IMG/VR virus record: IMGVR_UViG_3300007541_005699
Span: 1 to 37,927 of that record
DNA length: 37,927 bases
Direction: 5' to 3' (one strand)
Source: a virus
Lineage: Duplodnaviria > Caudoviricetes
Shown: piece by piece, positions 1 to 8,876 of the stretch
How the letters are laid out: every line of letters begins with the position of its first letter
Position numbering within the stretch: the first letter of the stretch is position 1
The notes under the pieces: model-generated
Database searches by the model: none
Seen by the model: the letters and a program-made list of their open reading frames with translations, nothing else
Told to the model about the DNA's origin: nothing
Made by a program: the position numbers and the translations under genes

Positions 1-1
1 A

Positions 2-400
2 AAGTTTAACGATAGCCTTAAAGAAGCAGTAGGTGTTAAGAACAAAAAAGAATACGGTGATCAAAACGAGTTTGAAAAAATTGATAAAGAAGTTCAAAAA
101 GACTTAGATAATCAATTTAATAATAAAGACGACAAAAACATTGATAACGTTTATGGTCAATCATTTTTAATGGGATACTATACAGAAATGAAAGATCCTA
201 AAAATGCTAAAAAAACCGTTGATGAATTAAAACAAATCGTGTTGAAAAACATGACTAAAGATATTAATTATTATCACACAAAAGCTTCTTTTGGTGTTAA
301 AGATATCGGATACACTGTAGATTCTACCGGAATGGGTGAACCAAAAGCTCCTAAAGGTAAATACAAAGCTAGTGGTTACGGTGATCTAGATAAAAAATAA
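2..400 (+). CDS. 5'-truncated acidic/basic hypothetical protein, probably a prohead core/internal head protein
   Basis: The frame of ORF 170..400 is open back to base 2 (KFNDSLKEAVGVKNKKEYGDQNEF...), so the gene starts upstream of the window. It lies directly before the prohead protease and contains an L-K-E type site. Confidence 0.6.
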   Translation, partial: KFNDSLKEAVGVKNKKEYGDQNEFEKIDKEVQKDLDNQFNNKDDKNIDNVYGQSFLMGYYTEMKDPKNAKKTVDELKQIVLKNMTKDINYYHTKASFGVKDIGYTVDSTGMGEPKAPKGKYKASGYGDLDKK

Positions 401-402
401 TT

Positions 403-1005
403 ATGAAGCAAGTATTAATCGAAACCCATCCTTTCCAGGTATCTCGTCAACAATTACATGAGGGAATGAAAGCTCCTTCAGGTAATCCTTTAGTTGAAGG
501 TATTTTAGCAACTGCCGAAGTTAAAAACGGTAATGGTCGTTATTATCCAAAAGAGTTATGGGAAAGAGAAATCGATAAATACCAACAAGTTGTTAAAGAA
601 AATAGAGCAACAGGTGAATTAGATCACCCTGAATCCTCTATTATTAATTTAAAAAACGTTTCTCATATTATTAGAGAAATATGGTGGGACGGAGATAAAG
701 TAATGGGTAAAATAGAAATCTTACCTACTGTCTCTGGAGATATTTTAAAAGCTCTTGTTGATAACAATGTTCAAGTAGGTGTTTCATCTCGTGGAATGGG
801 TTCATTAAAACAAATTGGTGAAACATTAGAGGTACAAGATGATTTCGAATTATTATGCTGGGATTTTGTTTCTACCCCATCCAATCCAGGTTCATACATG
901 CATGTAATTAAAGAGGGCAAAGAAGTTCCGACTTATCAATACGGTAAAGTTAATACTTTATTGACGGAACTTTTATGTGCTAATGGGTCTTGTCCCATAT
1001 TTTAA
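403..1005 (+). CDS. gp21: Prohead core protease (T4 gp21-like)
   Basis: Motifs NGNGRYY, GELDHP, VSHII, GVSSRGMGS and WDFVSTPS typical of T4 gp21; lies upstream of scaffold and capsid genes. Confidence 0.93.
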   Translation: MKQVLIETHPFQVSRQQLHEGMKAPSGNPLVEGILATAEVKNGNGRYYPKELWEREIDKYQQVVKENRATGELDHPESSIINLKNVSHIIREIWWDGDKVMGKIEILPTVSGDILKALVDNNVQVGVSSRGMGSLKQIGETLEVQDDFELLCWDFVSTPSNPGSYMHVIKEGKEVPTYQYGKVNTLLTELLCANGSCPIF

Positions 1006-1034
1006 AGATACCTGCTACCTTAGGTAATAAATGT

Positions 1035-1078
1035 ACCCGTAAGCATACCATAAGAACTGCTTGCGGGTCTTTTTTTTT
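1035..1078 (+). terminator. Rho-independent terminator after the protease gene
   Basis: ACCCGTAAGCA / TGCTTGCGGGT 11-bp stem (one G-U pair), 12-nt loop, followed by a run of 9 T. Confidence 0.75.
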
Positions 1079-1107
1079 CTCAATAGGCGATTTTAAAGAA
1101 TCTCCAT

Positions 1108-1116
1108 ATATGTATA
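1108..1116 (+). promoter_or_regulatory. Candidate late promoter variant ATATGTATA
   Basis: One-mismatch copy of the ATATTTATA motif seen before many late genes; lies just after a terminator and before the scaffold-capsid operon. Confidence 0.45.
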
Positions 1117-1237
1117 TTCGTAATATGCGATCTCTATATCGCATTGAGATTTATAATATCTATTACGCTTCGACATTTTGTCAATAATAAGCGTACTTCC
1201 AACACAATTTAATTGAGGAAAAACTAAAAAAAAAAGT

Positions 1238-2680
1238 ATGGTAAACAGAGACTTACTCGCAGAAGCCATTGCCGATGCCAAAGCTGTTAAGGAAACAGCC
1301 ATCGCCAATGCAAAAGCTGCTTTGGAAGAAGCCTTTACCCCATTTTTGAAAGAGAAGTTAGCTGCAAAGTTAGCTGAAATGGATAACATGGAAGAGGCTG
1401 AAATCGAAGAAGCTGACGACAAAGAGGGGTACGAAGGTCAAATGGGCAAGAAAAAACTTGGCACCAAAATGACTGAAGCTGATGATGCTGAAGGGTACGA
1501 AGGCCAGATGGGTAAAAAACATTTGGGTACTAAAGAAGTAGACGAAGCCGAAGAAATGAACCTTGACGAACTCCTTAAGGAATTAGATGAATTAGAAGAG
1601 AACATCAACTTGACTGACTTCCCAGACGAAGAAGGTGAACACGGAAACGTGGCCGCCAAAAACGTTAACGAAGACGCTCGTACAGATGCTGAAGAAGAGG
1701 GTTACCTCGACGGCATGAAGGACGAGAAAGAAGACGAAGAAGATGAAGAAATCGATCTTGAAAACATGACCGAAGACGATCTCAAATCATTCATCGAAAG
1801 TGTAATCGCTGACATGGTTGAAGCCGGTGAATTAGAAGCTGGTGAAGGTATGGAAGGCGAAGAAGAAATTGAAAGTGAAGAAACTGAAGAAGAAGAAATC
1901 ACTGAACGTAAAAAAGAAGGATATGACGATCGTGAAGACGAGTCAGTTTCAGCCCGTAGAGGTAAAGAAGCTGGTAAAAAGCAATCTTTCAAAGCCCGTA
2001 GAGATGATTCTTACGGTAAATTTGGAAAGCGTGATGCTGAAGCCGCTGGCAAAGTATCAGGTCCAGGTAAAAACAAAATTAACAAAGAAAATTACGACAT
2101 GAAAGAAGAAATTGACGAGATCGTTGGTTCAGGAACCGACTTTGCTCAGTTAGCTGACATGCTAGGTGTTAGTCTTGATGCTGCTAAGTATTTAGTAACA
2201 GCTGGTGGATTAGCAGTTCCTGCTATCTTAGCTGCTATTAAAGTTGGTGGTGACAAAGCTATCCAATTCTTTAAGAAAATGGCTACTAAAAAATCAATGG
2301 CCGAAGGTGAAGAAATGGAAGAAATGAAAGCTGAATTAAATGAAGCTTACAAAACAATTTCTACTATCAAAGAAGAATTAGCTGAAGTTAATTTGTTTAA
2401 CGCTAAGTTACTTTACACTAACAAAATCTTCAAAGCTAAAAATTTGAGCGAAGCTCAAAAGGTAAAAGTATTAGCTGCTTTTGATAAAGCTGCTAGTGTT
2501 AAAGAAGCCGAATTAGTATTCGAAACCTTAAGTGAGGGAATGACTGCTAAGAAAGCTCCTATGAATGAGTCATTAATTCATGGTGGTGCTTCTAAAGCTG
2601 CTGGTGTAGCTACTAAGAAGCCAATTATGGAAGCTAATGATCAGGTTGCTAGATGGCAAAAATTAGCCGGTATTAAATAA
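1238..2680 (+). CDS. Prohead scaffolding/core protein (T4 gp22-equivalent)
   Basis: Very acidic and coiled-coil-like; sits between protease and major capsid; many (L/I/M/V)-x-E protease-type sites; C-terminal RWQKLAGI helix. Confidence 0.8.
   Translation: MVNRDLLAEAIADAKAVKETAIANAKAALEEAFTPFLKEKLAAKLAEMDNMEEAEIEEADDKEGYEGQMGKKKLGTKMTEADDAEGYEGQMGKKHLGTKEVDEAEEMNLDELLKELDELEENINLTDFPDEEGEHGNVAAKNVNEDARTDAEEEGYLDGMKDEKEDEEDEEIDLENMTEDDLKSFIESVIADMVEAGELEAGEGMEGEEEIESEETEEEEITERKKEGYDDREDESVSARRGKEAGKKQSFKARRDDSYGKFGKRDAEAAGKVSGPGKNKINKENYDMKEEIDEIVGSGTDFAQLADMLGVSLDAAKYLVTAGGLAVPAILAAIKVGGDKAIQFFKKMATKKSMAEGEEMEEMKAELNEAYKTISTIKEELAEVNLFNAKLLYTNKIFKAKNLSEAQKVKVLAAFDKAASVKEAELVFETLSEGMTAKKAPMNESLIHGGASKAAGVATKKPIMEANDQVARWQKLAGIK
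1409..1534 (+). repeat. Tandem duplication with 22-aa period within the scaffold gene
   Basis: EADDKEGYEGQMGKKKLGTK (1409-1468) and EADDAEGYEGQMGKKHLGTK (1475-1534). Confidence 0.9.
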
Positions 2681-2705
2681 TTTAAAAAAACAAACAATAA
2701 AAACA

Positions 2706-4472
2706 ATGTCACAAGTACAATCATTATTAGAAAGCGCTGCTGGTTCTTGGAAGAACTTGCAAAGCGACGCTGCCAGATTAGCCGGAAAATGGGCTAAAAC
2801 TGGCTTATTGGAAAACTTGGCCGAGGTTGAAAAAAACAACATGTCTATCTTGTTGGAAAACCAAGCCAAGCAATTAGTAACTGAAAACAATACTATCGCT
2901 TCTAACTCTTATTTCACTTCAGGTGGTGAGGGTGAGAACTGGGCTGGTATTGCTCTTCCATTGGTACGTAAGGTATTCGGTACTATCGTAGCTAAAGAAT
3001 TCGTTAGTGTTCAGCCAATGAACATGCCTTCAGGTCTCGTGTTCTTCTTGGATTTCCAGTACGGAAACTCAAAGACTCCTTTCACTCAAGGTCAGTCATT
3101 GTATGGTAACAGAAACACTGCTTCTCAATTCCCATTCTCTACTCCAGCTGCTGAAGGTGGTTTATATGGTGGTCCAGAAGGTCGTTTCACTTACGCTACT
3201 AACAACTTCTCATCTTCATTGTTGCAAATGTCAGCTTCTTTAGCTAACACTTTGACTACAACTGGTGCTGGAACTGGTTCAATCGTTTCTGCCTCTTGGG
3301 CTGAATTGAACTTCGATTCTACTTACTCTGCTTCTGTAGCTGCTGGTGAGGTTTACAAATTTACTGTAACTGCCTCTAACACTACTTTACCTGCTTTTGA
3401 TCAGGACGCAGTTCGTGGTTTCGTATTGAGCTCTGGTTCAAATTTCACAGCTAATACTTTGTTGCCAGCTTTCACTAGCTACAACTACACTGCTGGTACT
3501 ATCAGCTTCTTCTTCACTGGTGCTGCTGACTTCGCTTCAATTCCACAATCTGGATCTTTGATCACAGTTACTTACCAGAAGATTGGTTCTCAAGATGGTA
3601 TCAACACTACTTCAGGTGGTAACTTCGCTGGTTCTCCATACAACGGTCGTGGTGATTTCGAAGCTTCTGGTTCTTTCTCAGTACCTAACAGTGCTTCAAC
3701 TGGCCAAATCGTTATCCCTGAGATCAACGTTAAGATGCAATCTCAAGCCATCACTGCTAAGACTAAGAAGTTGAAAGCTGTATGGACTCCTGAGTTCGCT
3801 CAAGACTTGGCTGCTTACCAGAACATCGATGCTGAAGCTGAATTGACTAACATCATGAGCGAGTACATTTCAATGGAAATTGATTTGGAAATCTTGGATA
3901 TGTTGATCGAAGATGCTGCTGCTGCTACTGAGTACTGGTCAGCTATTAACAACACTGTAATCACTGGTTCTACTCCAACCTTGACTACCTTGTCTTCTGG
4001 TTACTACAACACTCAAGGTCAGTGGTTCCAAACTTTGGGAACTAAGATCCAGAAAGTGTCTAACAAAATCCACCAGTTGACTTTGAGAGGCGGAGCTAAC
4101 TTCTTGGTTACTTCTCCAACTGTAGCTACTATCTTGGAATCAATCCCTGGATTTGCTTCAACTTCAAACGGTGATGCCGCTCAAATGGAATACGCCTTCG
4201 GTGTACAGAAAGTTGGTCAGGTTAACAACCGCTACACTGTATACAAGAACCCATACATGACTGAAAACTTGATCTTGATGGGTTACAGAGGTTCACAGTT
4301 CTTGGAAACTGGTGCTGTATTTGCTCCATACATTCCATTGATCATGACTCCATTGGTTTACGATCCTGATACCTTCACTCCAAGAAAAGGTCTCTTGACT
4401 CGTTACGCCAAGAAGATGTTACGTCCTGAATTCTACGGTAAGATCTACATCAACGGTTTAAACACCTTGTAA
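2706..4472 (+). CDS. gp23: Major capsid protein (T4 gp23-like)
   Basis: Motifs LLENQ, LPLVRKVF, VSVQPMNMPSGLVFFLDF, AKTKKLKAVWTPEFAQDL, DAEAELT, GAVFAPYIPL and PRKGLLTRY; codons biased to C-ending forms, as in a highly expressed gene. Confidence 0.97.
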   Translation: MSQVQSLLESAAGSWKNLQSDAARLAGKWAKTGLLENLAEVEKNNMSILLENQAKQLVTENNTIASNSYFTSGGEGENWAGIALPLVRKVFGTIVAKEFVSVQPMNMPSGLVFFLDFQYGNSKTPFTQGQSLYGNRNTASQFPFSTPAAEGGLYGGPEGRFTYATNNFSSSLLQMSASLANTLTTTGAGTGSIVSASWAELNFDSTYSASVAAGEVYKFTVTASNTTLPAFDQDAVRGFVLSSGSNFTANTLLPAFTSYNYTAGTISFFFTGAADFASIPQSGSLITVTYQKIGSQDGINTTSGGNFAGSPYNGRGDFEASGSFSVPNSASTGQIVIPEINVKMQSQAITAKTKKLKAVWTPEFAQDLAAYQNIDAEAELTNIMSEYISMEIDLEILDMLIEDAAAATEYWSAINNTVITGSTPTLTTLSSGYYNTQGQWFQTLGTKIQKVSNKIHQLTLRGGANFLVTSPTVATILESIPGFASTSNGDAAQMEYAFGVQKVGQVNNRYTVYKNPYMTENLILMGYRGSQFLETGAVFAPYIPLIMTPLVYDPDTFTPRKGLLTRYAKKMLRPEFYGKIYINGLNTL

Positions 4473-4503
4473 TCTAACCTAAAAGGATAAACATTAACAA
4501 AGG

Positions 4504-4532
4504 GCCCCGCAAAAGCGGGGCTTTTTGTTTTT
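4504..4532 (+). terminator. Rho-independent terminator after the major capsid gene
   Basis: GCCCCGC-AAAA-GCGGGGC followed by TTTTTGTTTTT. Confidence 0.9.
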
Positions 4533-4539
4533 ATTTTCA

Positions 4540-4548
4540 ATATTTATA
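4540..4548 (+). promoter_or_regulatory. Candidate late promoter ATATTTATA
   Basis: Recurrent motif; here between the terminator and the ATG at 4554. Confidence 0.6.
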
Positions 4549-4553
4549 GATAT

Positions 4554-4829
4554 ATGTTTAATATATTTGAGGAATTAACTTGGCCACAATTTAGCAAATT
4601 GCCTAATATTGTTAAGTTACCTCTTAACGAACAAGTAACACATTACAATCAGTATTTATTTGAATTAAATACAGCAAGACAAAACTGGATAGATTACCAA
4701 AATAAAGGACCTCAATCTAACATTATAGGTGTCTTAGCACAAGAAGAATCGTATATTAACATTGACTATCTTTTAGATTATTTTGCTCTATTGCAAGAAG
4801 ATGGATCATATATTTATGTAACAGGATAA
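4554..4829 (+). CDS. Small hypothetical protein, probably virion-associated
   Basis: 91 aa ending in an LLQEDG motif often seen in phage virion proteins; follows the promoter motif. Confidence 0.6.
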   Translation: MFNIFEELTWPQFSKLPNIVKLPLNEQVTHYNQYLFELNTARQNWIDYQNKGPQSNIIGVLAQEESYINIDYLLDYFALLQEDGSYIYVTG

Positions 4830-4833
4830 TAAC

Positions 4834-5472
4834 ATGCCAAATTTACCAATATCACAATTACCAGCATCAGATGCTTTAACCGGAGCCGAATTATTTGCTG
4901 TTGTACAAGGAGGAATTACTAAATACACTACTTTAAATAATATTACCTATGCTCCCGGAAATACTTATGGATTATATGCTCAAACAGCAAACAGTACTCC
5001 TATAAGCGGTACTACTGCTGAAAGTTCTTTAATAAATGGGGGAGTAGGAACATTAAGTGTTCCAGCTAACGGTTTTAAAGTCGGTGATAGTTTTAGAGCT
5101 ATTATGGCTGGTGTTTTAAATGTTGATAATAACCAAACTCTTCGAATTAGAGTAAAAGCAGGATCAATAGTTTTATTAGATAGTGGTCTTCAATCTATTT
5201 CAAACATTACTAACGATGTGTTTTCTTTAAATATAGATTTTACTATTAGACAAATAGGAGGTGCGGGAACAGCATCTATTGTTTCTTTAGGAGTTTTTAA
5301 TTATACAAAAACAGTTAATGGTACTATTGAAGGTTTTTCTTTTAATACTATTAATAACACTACTTTTAGTACTACAATTAGTAATACTTTAGTCATTACT
5401 GCTCAATGGGGTAGTACAAGTATTAATAACAGCATTTACAGTGATATATTTGTTTTAAACAAAACTTACTAA
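4834..5472 (+). CDS. Putative virion decoration/fibre protein
   Basis: N-terminal ISQLP...ELFAVVQGG module typical of phage appendage proteins; beta-rich, S/T/N-rich C-terminus. Confidence 0.55.
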   Translation: MPNLPISQLPASDALTGAELFAVVQGGITKYTTLNNITYAPGNTYGLYAQTANSTPISGTTAESSLINGGVGTLSVPANGFKVGDSFRAIMAGVLNVDNNQTLRIRVKAGSIVLLDSGLQSISNITNDVFSLNIDFTIRQIGGAGTASIVSLGVFNYTKTVNGTIEGFSFNTINNTTFSTTISNTLVITAQWGSTSINNSIYSDIFVLNKTY

Positions 5473-5539
5473 TCCCTATACTTACCTAGGTCTAGGTAAT
5501 ATGTATAGTAGAATAATAAGTTTAACTAATAGTTTTAAA

Positions 5540-6454
5540 ATGAAAGAGACCCCAAGTCAGTTACAATTACAAAGTTATGTAATGAACTTCCCTTTTTCGC
5601 TATCAACAGCGGATCCGAACAACATCTGGATGCAAGAATTAACAGATGAAGAATTAGCAATTAATAGACCTAAAGCATACAAGCAATTTATGGACTTGTA
5701 TAACTTTATGGCTGGACAATCACTTGTTTATTTACTACCCTCAGAAGGTAATCTACAAGACCAAGTTTATGTAGCTAATTTGGGTTTACAATTACCTCAT
5801 ATTACAGACTCTAATAAAATTTTATTATCAAACTTTACATCAGACCCACGTAAAGGTGAAGAGTGGGTTGGTAAACATTTCTTTGATATGATGGGTTACG
5901 AAACTCATATTTCTCCTTTTAAATGGGAAGGTGAAGCAGATATCAAATACCTTTACGATAATGTTTACATTGGTGGTTATGGTATCCGTTCAAATATTAA
6001 ATCTTATGAATGGATGGAAGAACAATTTGGTATGAATATTATCAAAGTAGCTATGGTTGATGAATATTTATACCATTTAGATTGTTCTATTTTTCCATTA
6101 AATACCGACCAAACATTAATTTGTACGGAGCTGTTTGACCCTGAAGAAATACGCGCTATAGAACAACATACTGAGATTATAGACATAGATGTTGAGGATG
6201 CCTTGGGAGGAATAACTAATTCTGTACGCATGGGTAATATGATTTTATGCGCCTCAAACATTTCAGAAATGAAAAAATCTCATGAATATTATGAGGGTGA
6301 AAAACATAAAATTGAAACACTAGAAAAAATCTGTTCTGATGCAGGTATGGAACCTGTAATATTTAACTTGTCAGAATATATGAAATCAGGTGCTATGTTG
6401 TCTTGTATGGTAATGCACTTGAATAGAGTTGACCATTCTAAAACTTTACTATAA
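5540..6454 (+). CDS. Amidinotransferase / arginine-deiminase (pentein) superfamily enzyme
   Basis: DQVYVAN, EGEAD, YHLDC and a C-terminal SEYMKSGAMLSC carrying the catalytic Cys. Start placed at ATG 5540 (MKETP) because the listed start at 5501 overlaps the promoter-like ATATGTATA at 5499-5507. Confidence 0.85.
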   Translation: MKETPSQLQLQSYVMNFPFSLSTADPNNIWMQELTDEELAINRPKAYKQFMDLYNFMAGQSLVYLLPSEGNLQDQVYVANLGLQLPHITDSNKILLSNFTSDPRKGEEWVGKHFFDMMGYETHISPFKWEGEADIKYLYDNVYIGGYGIRSNIKSYEWMEEQFGMNIIKVAMVDEYLYHLDCSIFPLNTDQTLICTELFDPEEIRAIEQHTEIIDIDVEDALGGITNSVRMGNMILCASNISEMKKSHEYYEGEKHKIETLEKICSDAGMEPVIFNLSEYMKSGAMLSCMVMHLNRVDHSKTLL

Positions 6455-7179
6455 TGGCACAAACATTAAAAGAATGGTTAGGAGGGGAAGTTAAACAATT
6501 ACAAAAACTTCCTGTTGGTGATTTATCTAATACTTTCTTTTTTAGAGATCCTATTAGACCAAATTATATAGATCACGAACATTTTTATAGTCCTGCTGAT
6601 GGAACTATTTTATACCAAAAAGTAGTACAACCTGATGAGGCTGTTGTTGAAATTAAAGGTATGAATTATACCTTAAAAGATGTTGTAGGTGATGACGAAT
6701 ATAATAAACCATCTTTAGTGATTGGTATTTTTATGTCTTTTTACGATGTTCATATTAACAGAATTCCTTATGGAGGAATATTAACTTATGAACATTTGGA
6801 ACCTATTGAATCTACAAATAAACCAATGTTAGCAGTTGAAAAAGATATCTTAAATAAAGTTATCAATCCAGCTAATATGGAATACTTAAAATACAACGAA
6901 CGTATGTTTAATCAGATATATGTTCCTTCTTTAAATTATACTTATTATTTAATACAAATAGCTGATGAAGATGTAAACGTAATTGCTCCATTTAAGAAGC
7001 AATTAGATCTTTGTGCCCAAAACGAAAGATTTAGTCTAATTAGGTGGGGCTCTCAAGTTGATCTAGTATTACCACTAGATGAGAGATTCGAATTTGAGAC
7101 AGTGTTAGACGATGCTATGCACGTTAACGCTGGACTCGATAAATTAGTAAAAATCAATTTCAAAAATTATGACCTCTAA
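6454..7179 (+). CDS. psd: Phosphatidylserine decarboxylase-like pyruvoyl enzyme
   Basis: FFFRDP, SPADG, GIFMSFYDVHINRIP and the IRWGSQVDL self-cleavage (G|S) motif; translationally coupled (TAATG) to the amidinotransferase. Confidence 0.85.
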   Translation: MAQTLKEWLGGEVKQLQKLPVGDLSNTFFFRDPIRPNYIDHEHFYSPADGTILYQKVVQPDEAVVEIKGMNYTLKDVVGDDEYNKPSLVIGIFMSFYDVHINRIPYGGILTYEHLEPIESTNKPMLAVEKDILNKVINPANMEYLKYNERMFNQIYVPSLNYTYYLIQIADEDVNVIAPFKKQLDLCAQNERFSLIRWGSQVDLVLPLDERFEFETVLDDAMHVNAGLDKLVKINFKNYDL

Positions 7180-7903
7180 CCACCATGAAGACGAGATCTT
7201 CAAAGAGAAAAGAAAACCAAAAAATCCAATTAGATTTAAAATTTCTTTAAACGAAGAACAAAAAGAAGCTAAAGCTAAAATTTTAGACAACACAATTACT
7301 TTATTAGCAGGAGCAGCAGGTTCAGGTAAAACCTTACTTGCCTGTCAAATTGCTCTTGAAAAATTATTTATGAAGGATTGTGAAAAGGTTATAATTACTC
7401 GCCCAACAGTATCTAAAGAAGATATTGGATTTCTACCAGGCGATTTAAGAGAAAAAATGGATCCTTGGGTACAACCTATTTATCAAAACATGTTTTTACT
7501 TTATGATAAAGACAAAATAGAAAAGTGTATAAGCGATGGTTTGATAGAAATAGTGCCTGTATCATTTATGAGGGGACGTACGTTTGTAAACAGTGTAGTA
7601 ATTGTAGACGAGGCTCAAAACGTTACACATGAGCAAATGGAAATGATTGTTACCCGTATAGGTAAAGGATCTAAAATGATGGTTTGTGGAGACGATGCTC
7701 AGGTTGACTTAAAACAAAAACGTGATTCTGGATTTAAATTTTTATATAAATCAGCTCGTAAAATTAAAGGATTAGAAGCTATTACTTTAAAACAAAATCA
7801 TAGAGATGATATTGTAGAAGCATTGATTGACTTGTATAATGAGGCATATGAACAAGGATTAACCTTAGGTACATCAGGAACTAACGGAACTTCAAAGAGA
7901 TGA
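7169..7903 (+). CDS. phoH: PhoH-family ATPase
   Basis: GAAGSGKT Walker A, ITRP, IGFLPGDLREK, FMRGRTF, IVDEAQN, TRIG and GDDAQVDL. Confidence 0.95.
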   Translation: MTSNHHEDEIFKEKRKPKNPIRFKISLNEEQKEAKAKILDNTITLLAGAAGSGKTLLACQIALEKLFMKDCEKVIITRPTVSKEDIGFLPGDLREKMDPWVQPIYQNMFLLYDKDKIEKCISDGLIEIVPVSFMRGRTFVNSVVIVDEAQNVTHEQMEMIVTRIGKGSKMMVCGDDAQVDLKQKRDSGFKFLYKSARKIKGLEAITLKQNHRDDIVEALIDLYNEAYEQGLTLGTSGTNGTSKR

Positions 7904-7911
7904 TATTTATA
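7903..7911 (+). promoter_or_regulatory. Candidate late promoter ATATTTATA
   Basis: Motif 7 nt before ATG 7919. Confidence 0.6.
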
Positions 7912-7918
7912 ATATATC

Positions 7919-8404
7919 ATGGCTAATTTAACTGTAACTATACAAGAAACCGTAATATTACCTAATAATAATGTTGAAACTGCTTTAAATTCAAAAATTA
8001 TTACAGGAGTTAATCAGGTTCAAAGAAGAACAGACACTATAGGACCTACCTTTAGTGGCAGTGGTCAACAAATTTTAGCTTTTGTTGACAGTGAATCACA
8101 ACAAGTAGCAGGTTCATTTGTACGAGATGCTGTAAAATATATTAGAATTACTAATTTAAACAATACTACAGCTTGTGATATTTATTTAATTCAAACAAGT
8201 GAAGATGAAACTTTATTCCAATTAGATGCTGGTAAATCATTAATGTTTGCTAATGCTTATTTTGATTCATCTAATACTACTCAATATGTAGCTGGTGATT
8301 ATGTTGATCAATTATATTTTTCATCATTCTCTACTTTAGATTCTATAATGGCAAAATCTCAATCAGGAAGCATTCAATTAGAATACTTTGTAGCTTCTTC
8401 ATAA
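7919..8404 (+). CDS. Hypothetical protein, probably virion structural
   Basis: 161-aa beta-rich ORF after the late motif, within the structural cluster. Confidence 0.6.
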   Translation: MANLTVTIQETVILPNNNVETALNSKIITGVNQVQRRTDTIGPTFSGSGQQILAFVDSESQQVAGSFVRDAVKYIRITNLNNTTACDIYLIQTSEDETLFQLDAGKSLMFANAYFDSSNTTQYVAGDYVDQLYFSSFSTLDSIMAKSQSGSIQLEYFVASS

Positions 8405-8412
8405 TATTTATA
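8404..8412 (+). promoter_or_regulatory. Candidate late promoter ATATTTATA
   Basis: Motif 14 nt before ATG 8427. Confidence 0.6.
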
Positions 8413-8426
8413 ATAAACTTTAGACC

Positions 8427-8801
8427 ATGGCATTAACTTATAGAAACGTAAAAGGTGAAGCATTAACTATTGATGAATTAGATGCTAACTTTCAATACTT
8501 TACAGGATCACACTCTATTACAGGATCATTAATAGTAAGCTCGGCAGTAACAGCTTCTGTCTTTACTGGTTCTTTTGTAGGAACAGGTGCTCTTACCACA
8601 TTAACAACTACAGGAACACTTACAGCTTCAGGATCATTAAGCACTTTTAACTATGTTTCAGGATCTGTTCTTACTCCAACACAATCAGCTGCTCCAAATT
8701 TTGATGGTGTAGATGGTCAATTTACTTTTGCTACTGTTAGTGGACAGTATTACATTTATGTTTGGATGAATGGTGGTTGGAGATCAGCTGAATTAACTTA
8801 A
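8427..8801 (+). CDS. Short virion fibre/decoration protein
   Basis: N-terminal RxxKGxxLTxxExDxNF motif common in phage appendage proteins; TGS/SGS-rich; ends YIYVWMNGGW. Confidence 0.6.
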   Translation: MALTYRNVKGEALTIDELDANFQYFTGSHSITGSLIVSSAVTASVFTGSFVGTGALTTLTTTGTLTASGSLSTFNYVSGSVLTPTQSAAPNFDGVDGQFTFATVSGQYYIYVWMNGGWRSAELT

Positions 8802-8824
8802 ATATAATAATAAAATAAATATAT

Positions 8825-8855
8825 AAAGGGTTCCTAAATTGGAACCCTTTTTTTT
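8825..8855 (+). terminator. Rho-independent terminator
   Basis: AAAGGGTTCC-TAAATT-GGAACCCTTT plus T-tract. Confidence 0.85.
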
Positions 8856-8856
8856 C

Positions 8857-8865
8857 ATATTTATA
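8857..8865 (+). promoter_or_regulatory. Candidate late promoter ATATTTATA
   Basis: Immediately after the terminator, 11 nt before ATG 8877. Confidence 0.6.
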
Positions 8866-8876
8866 ACAAAATAATT

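Noticed and set aside
990-1187. 65-aa ORF after the protease
   Set aside because: Non-ATG start, and it runs through a terminator, a T-tract and structured intergenic sequence.
1093-3774. Short overlapping ORFs (1093-, 1438-, 1702-, 1842+, 2663-, 3583+)
   Set aside because: They overlap the well-supported scaffold and capsid genes and have shadow composition.
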